Assembly (NCBI GenBank): GCA_963749915.1
Contig: CAVVOP010000022.1
Coordinates: 128,001-192,000 of the forward strand
DNA from: an uncultured cyanobacterium
GTDB lineage: Bacteria > Cyanobacteriota > Cyanobacteriia > Cyanobacteriales > Cyanobacteriaceae
DNA: 64,000 nucleotides
Direction of reading: 5' to 3'
In this document: positions 60,741 to 64,000 of the stretch, piece after piece
Position numbering within the stretch: position 1 is the first letter of the stretch
How the letters are laid out: every line of letters starts with the position of its first letter
Notes under the pieces: model-generated
Database searches by the model: none
What the model was told of the DNA's origin: nothing
Seen by the model: only the letters and a program-made list of their open reading frames with translations
Made by a program: the position numbers and the translations under genes

Positions 60741-63029
60741 TTAACCATTAACAGAATTAGTCTTTTCGACATCCAGTTTGAGCATTAAAACCCCTAACGG
60801 TGGTAAACACAAATCAAGGGAGTCGGCATAGTTATGGAAAAACCATTTCTCTGTCCATTTTCCGCCTAAGTTGCCCATGTTACTACCGCCATACTCGCGA
60901 GAGTCACTATTAAAGATTTCGTTATAAAATCCGGCTTGAGGTACACCAATGCGATAGTGACTATGGGGTTGAGGGGTAAAGTTACAGACGATGACGATAA
61001 ATTCATCAGTATTTTTAGCACGGCGAATAAAAGCAACCACGCTATGACGATTATCGCTACAATCAATCCACTGGAAGCCTTCTTCTTCAAAATCTAACTC
61101 ATATAAAGCAGGTTCATCTTTATATAAGCTATTGATGTCACTGAAGAATTTTTTTAGTTCTTTATGTTTTTCGTATTGTAGTAAATGCCACTCTAAATCA
61201 TTCCAGACATTCCACTCACTCCATTGTCCAAATTCCATGCTCATAAACATGGTTTTTTTGCCCGGATGTGCGAACATATAACCAAATAAACTGCGGATAT
61301 TTGCAAATTTCTGCCATTCATCCCCAGGCATTTTACCGATCATATTACTCTTGCCGTGGACAATTTCGTCATGGGATAGGGCTAACATATAATTTTCGCT
61401 GTGGTGATACCACATACTAAAAGTAATGCTATTTTGATGGAATTGACGAAACCAAGGATCCATGCTGAAGTAGTCTAACATATCGTGCATCCAGCCCATA
61501 TTCCACTTCATATTGAAGCCCAAACCCCCCATATAAGGAGGACGAGACACCATCGCCCAAGAGGTTGATTCCTCTGCAATGGATAAAATACCAGGGAAAT
61601 AGTTAAAGATAGTACCGTTGACTTGACGTAAAAATTCTACGGCACTAATATTTTCTCTACCACCATATTCATTTGTTACCCATTCCCCATCTTCCCGATC
61701 GTAGTCGAGGTAAAGCATAGAGGCTACGGCGTCAACCCGAATCCCATCAATGTGGTATTTATCAAACCAAAATAAGGCATTGGCGACGAGGAAATTGCGG
61801 ACTTCGTTACGTCCATAATCAAATACTAATGTACCCCAACCTTTATGTTCTCCTTTGCGGGGATCTCCATGTTCATATAAGTGTGTACCATCAAAGAAGG
61901 CTAAACCATGACCATCTTTAGGAAAATGTCCGGGTACCCAATCTACGATAACGCCGATGCCGTTTTGATGACAGACATCGATAAAATACATTAAATCTTC
62001 TGGGCTACCATAACGAGAAGTTGCTGCGTAGTAGCCTGTAACCTGATACCCCCAGGATCCATCGAAAGGATGTTCAGCAACGGGTAATAATTCAATATGA
62101 GTATAGCCTAATTCTTTGAGGTAGGGAACCAATTTTTCTGCAAATTCATAGTAATTTAAAAAACGGGCGGTGGGTTTTAACTCTGATACCTGTACTACTT
62201 CAGCGTTTTTACCATATTGTTTCAGGGGATCTTCGATAGATGTGTGCAACCATGATCCTAAGTGTAATTCATAAACAGAAACAGGCTGAGTTAGAGGATC
62301 TGTATTACGACGTTTTTCGAGCCAATCTTGATCATTCCACTGATAGGAGTCTAAATCGGCAACGATGGAAGCAGTTTTGGGACGTACTTCTTGATAAAAT
62401 CCGAAAGGATCTGATTTCTCGTAAATATGCCCTTCCCAGTTTTTAACCTCATATTTATAGTGTGTACCATAATCAAGATCGGGGATGAATAACTCCCAAA
62501 TCATATTCTGGCGCTTTCTCATTTGATGTTCTCGTCCATCCCAGGAGTTAAAATCCCCTAAAACAGAAACATTACGGGCATTTGGAGCCCAGACAGCAAA
62601 ATACACACCTTTTACGCCGTTTTGTTGGATTACGTGAGCACCTAGTTTTTCGTAAATACGGTGATGATTACCTTCCCCAAACAAATGTATATCATAATCT
62701 GTTAATTGTACTTCTTTGAATTGATAAGGATCATAAATTACTTTTTCGTGATCTCCTTCTTTTATCCGTAATTGATAGCTATTTAATTCTTCTATCTCGA
62801 TTTCACATTCAAAAAAGTTAGGGTGATGTTGCGATCGCATTTCGTATTCTTGACGACTATCGGGAATAACCACAGAAGCGCTGGTGGCCTTAGGTAAATA
62901 AGCTCTAATTATCCATTGTTTGTGATTATCTTTTTCTGACAGTAAATGACAGCCGAGTATTTCAAAAGGATCATTATGTAAATTATGGACTATTTGATTA
63001 ACTTGCTCAGAGGTTATTGTTGTAGGCAT
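60741..63029 (-). CDS. glgB: 1,4-alpha-glucan branching enzyme
   Basis: FAVWAPNA, SWGYQ, DGIRVDAVASM, AEEST, LSHDE. Confidence 0.97.
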   Translation of the reverse strand: MPTTITSEQVNQIVHNLHNDPFEILGCHLLSEKDNHKQWIIRAYLPKATSASVVIPDSRQEYEMRSQHHPNFFECEIEIEELNSYQLRIKEGDHEKVIYDPYQFKEVQLTDYDIHLFGEGNHHRIYEKLGAHVIQQNGVKGVYFAVWAPNARNVSVLGDFNSWDGREHQMRKRQNMIWELFIPDLDYGTHYKYEVKNWEGHIYEKSDPFGFYQEVRPKTASIVADLDSYQWNDQDWLEKRRNTDPLTQPVSVYELHLGSWLHTSIEDPLKQYGKNAEVVQVSELKPTARFLNYYEFAEKLVPYLKELGYTHIELLPVAEHPFDGSWGYQVTGYYAATSRYGSPEDLMYFIDVCHQNGIGVIVDWVPGHFPKDGHGLAFFDGTHLYEHGDPRKGEHKGWGTLVFDYGRNEVRNFLVANALFWFDKYHIDGIRVDAVASMLYLDYDREDGEWVTNEYGGRENISAVEFLRQVNGTIFNYFPGILSIAEESTSWAMVSRPPYMGGLGFNMKWNMGWMHDMLDYFSMDPWFRQFHQNSITFSMWYHHSENYMLALSHDEIVHGKSNMIGKMPGDEWQKFANIRSLFGYMFAHPGKKTMFMSMEFGQWSEWNVWNDLEWHLLQYEKHKELKKFFSDINSLYKDEPALYELDFEEEGFQWIDCSDNRHSVVAFIRRAKNTDEFIVIVCNFTPQPHSHYRIGVPQAGFYNEIFNSDSREYGGSNMGNLGGKWTEKWFFHNYADSLDLCLPPLGVLMLKLDVEKTNSVNG

Positions 63030-63216
63030 TTAATTAAAGAGACTTAAATGTTTTTCATATTGTTTTAATCATAATAGCTAGTCTTGCTTTTAGGATAATT
63101 AGTTTTTTGCCTAACAACACCTTCGCCAGAAAAAAGACAATTTTGCTAAATTATATACACATTGATTATATTATTAATTTGACAAATTTATCGAACTTTT
63201 ATATCAACTCTAACAT

Positions 63217-63573
63217 TTATTTACTTCTAGCAATGTCAATGGTAATTCTACCACCAAAATCGGGAATGGGTGCAGCGGGTTTAGATAGTCTGACTCTCAC
63301 TTTATGGATGGGCTCAATTTTTAAAATATCTTCCGCAATCACATCGGCCAATTTTTCCACTAGGGCGAATTTGGCAGTTTTGATAATATGTTGAACCATC
63401 GCAATGGTATTCCTATAATCCACCGTATCATTCAAATCATCACTTTTTGCTGATGGTTGCAAATCCACCCACAATGTTAAATCTACCTCAAACCATTGAC
63501 CTAATGTTCTTTCTTCGGGAAGAAAACCCGTATAACCATAACTGCGAATACCCGTAACTTCTATACAATCCAT
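63217..63573 (-). CDS. folB: Dihydroneopterin aldolase
   Basis: GYTGFLPEERTLGQWFEVD, TVDY, LVEKLA, KPAAPI. Confidence 0.92.
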   Translation of the reverse strand: MDCIEVTGIRSYGYTGFLPEERTLGQWFEVDLTLWVDLQPSAKSDDLNDTVDYRNTIAMVQHIIKTAKFALVEKLADVIAEDILKIEPIHKVRVRLSKPAAPIPDFGGRITIDIARSK

Positions 63574-63712
63574 AACTGATTATTGACTTAAATTTAATAC
63601 TTAAATAATACTTCTTAGGAAAACACAAACACAAAAAGGAATTAAAATTATTGCAAGAGCTCGTATTCCTCATTCCTTACCTTCACCGAAACACTTTTTC
63701 AACAAACCCTAT

Positions 63713-64000
63713 TTATATTAAATTATGTCTGATAGCTAAAGTAAGAATACCTTGTTGACCTAATAAAACTTCTCGTAGCAAGGTAAAAATCCCTAACCAA
63801 ACAATGGGAGTAATGTCTATACCTCCTAAAGGGGGTATAATTTTGCGGGTGGGTACTAAGAATGGTTCTGTGGGCAAATAAGCTAATTTATAAGGAAATT
63901 CTGAGAGGTTAACATTGGGATACCATGTTAAAACGATGCGAAAAATGAATAGTAATGTCATGATAAAAAACAAAATACCAAGAGTAACACTACTGATAAT
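63713..64000 (-). CDS. YggT/Ycf19 family membrane protein; start lies beyond the window
   Basis: RIVLTWYP...TEPFL.P.RK.IPPLGGIDITP; frame stays open to position 64000. Confidence 0.85.
   Translation of the reverse strand: MISSVTLGILFFIMTLLFIFRIVLTWYPNVNLSEFPYKLAYLPTEPFLVPTRKIIPPLGGIDITPIVWLGIFTLLREVLLGQQGILTLAIRHNLI

Noticed and set aside
60414..60744. Three overlapping short ORFs between acnB and glgB
   Set aside because: They are translations of the 9-mer repeat element.
301..63673. Many 60-120 aa antisense or nested ORFs in the track
   Set aside because: They overlap well-supported genes in other frames and show no recognisable motifs.

Overview
AT-rich cyanobacterial chromosome segment, judged from many HIP1 GCGATCGC sites, ndhF1, hik33, xisH/xisI and an EF-hand transaldolase. 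The main accessory element is a ~15.06 kb type V-K CRISPR-associated transposon (CAST, 35080-50137) inserted just downstream of tRNA-Pro(GGG). It comprises the left end, a delocalized 17-nt tRNA-targeting homing spacer, a CRISPR array, a long tracrRNA, cas12k, a small RHH repressor missing from the ORF track, type I R-M cargo, tniQ-tnsC-tnsB, and a right end with an altered terminus. A second, less obvious system is a decayed integron (~25.7-29.2 kb): an internally deleted intI, an attI-like core, a frameshifted McrBC cassette and two degenerate attC-like sites. It sits with XisH/XisI and IS remnants inside a carbohydrate-catabolism cluster (eno remnant-gpmA-pgi-tal-glgP ... transketolase-like). 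Also present are three tandem FHA-PAS-GGDEF-EAL genes, a small unannotated Norf1-like ORF, group II intron and IS200/IS605 remnants, dispersed repeats, and housekeeping genes (rpsF, ldh, hik33, ECF sigma operon, fbaA, queE, acnB, glgB, folB). All calls come from reading the sequence and recalled family motifs; no searches were run.
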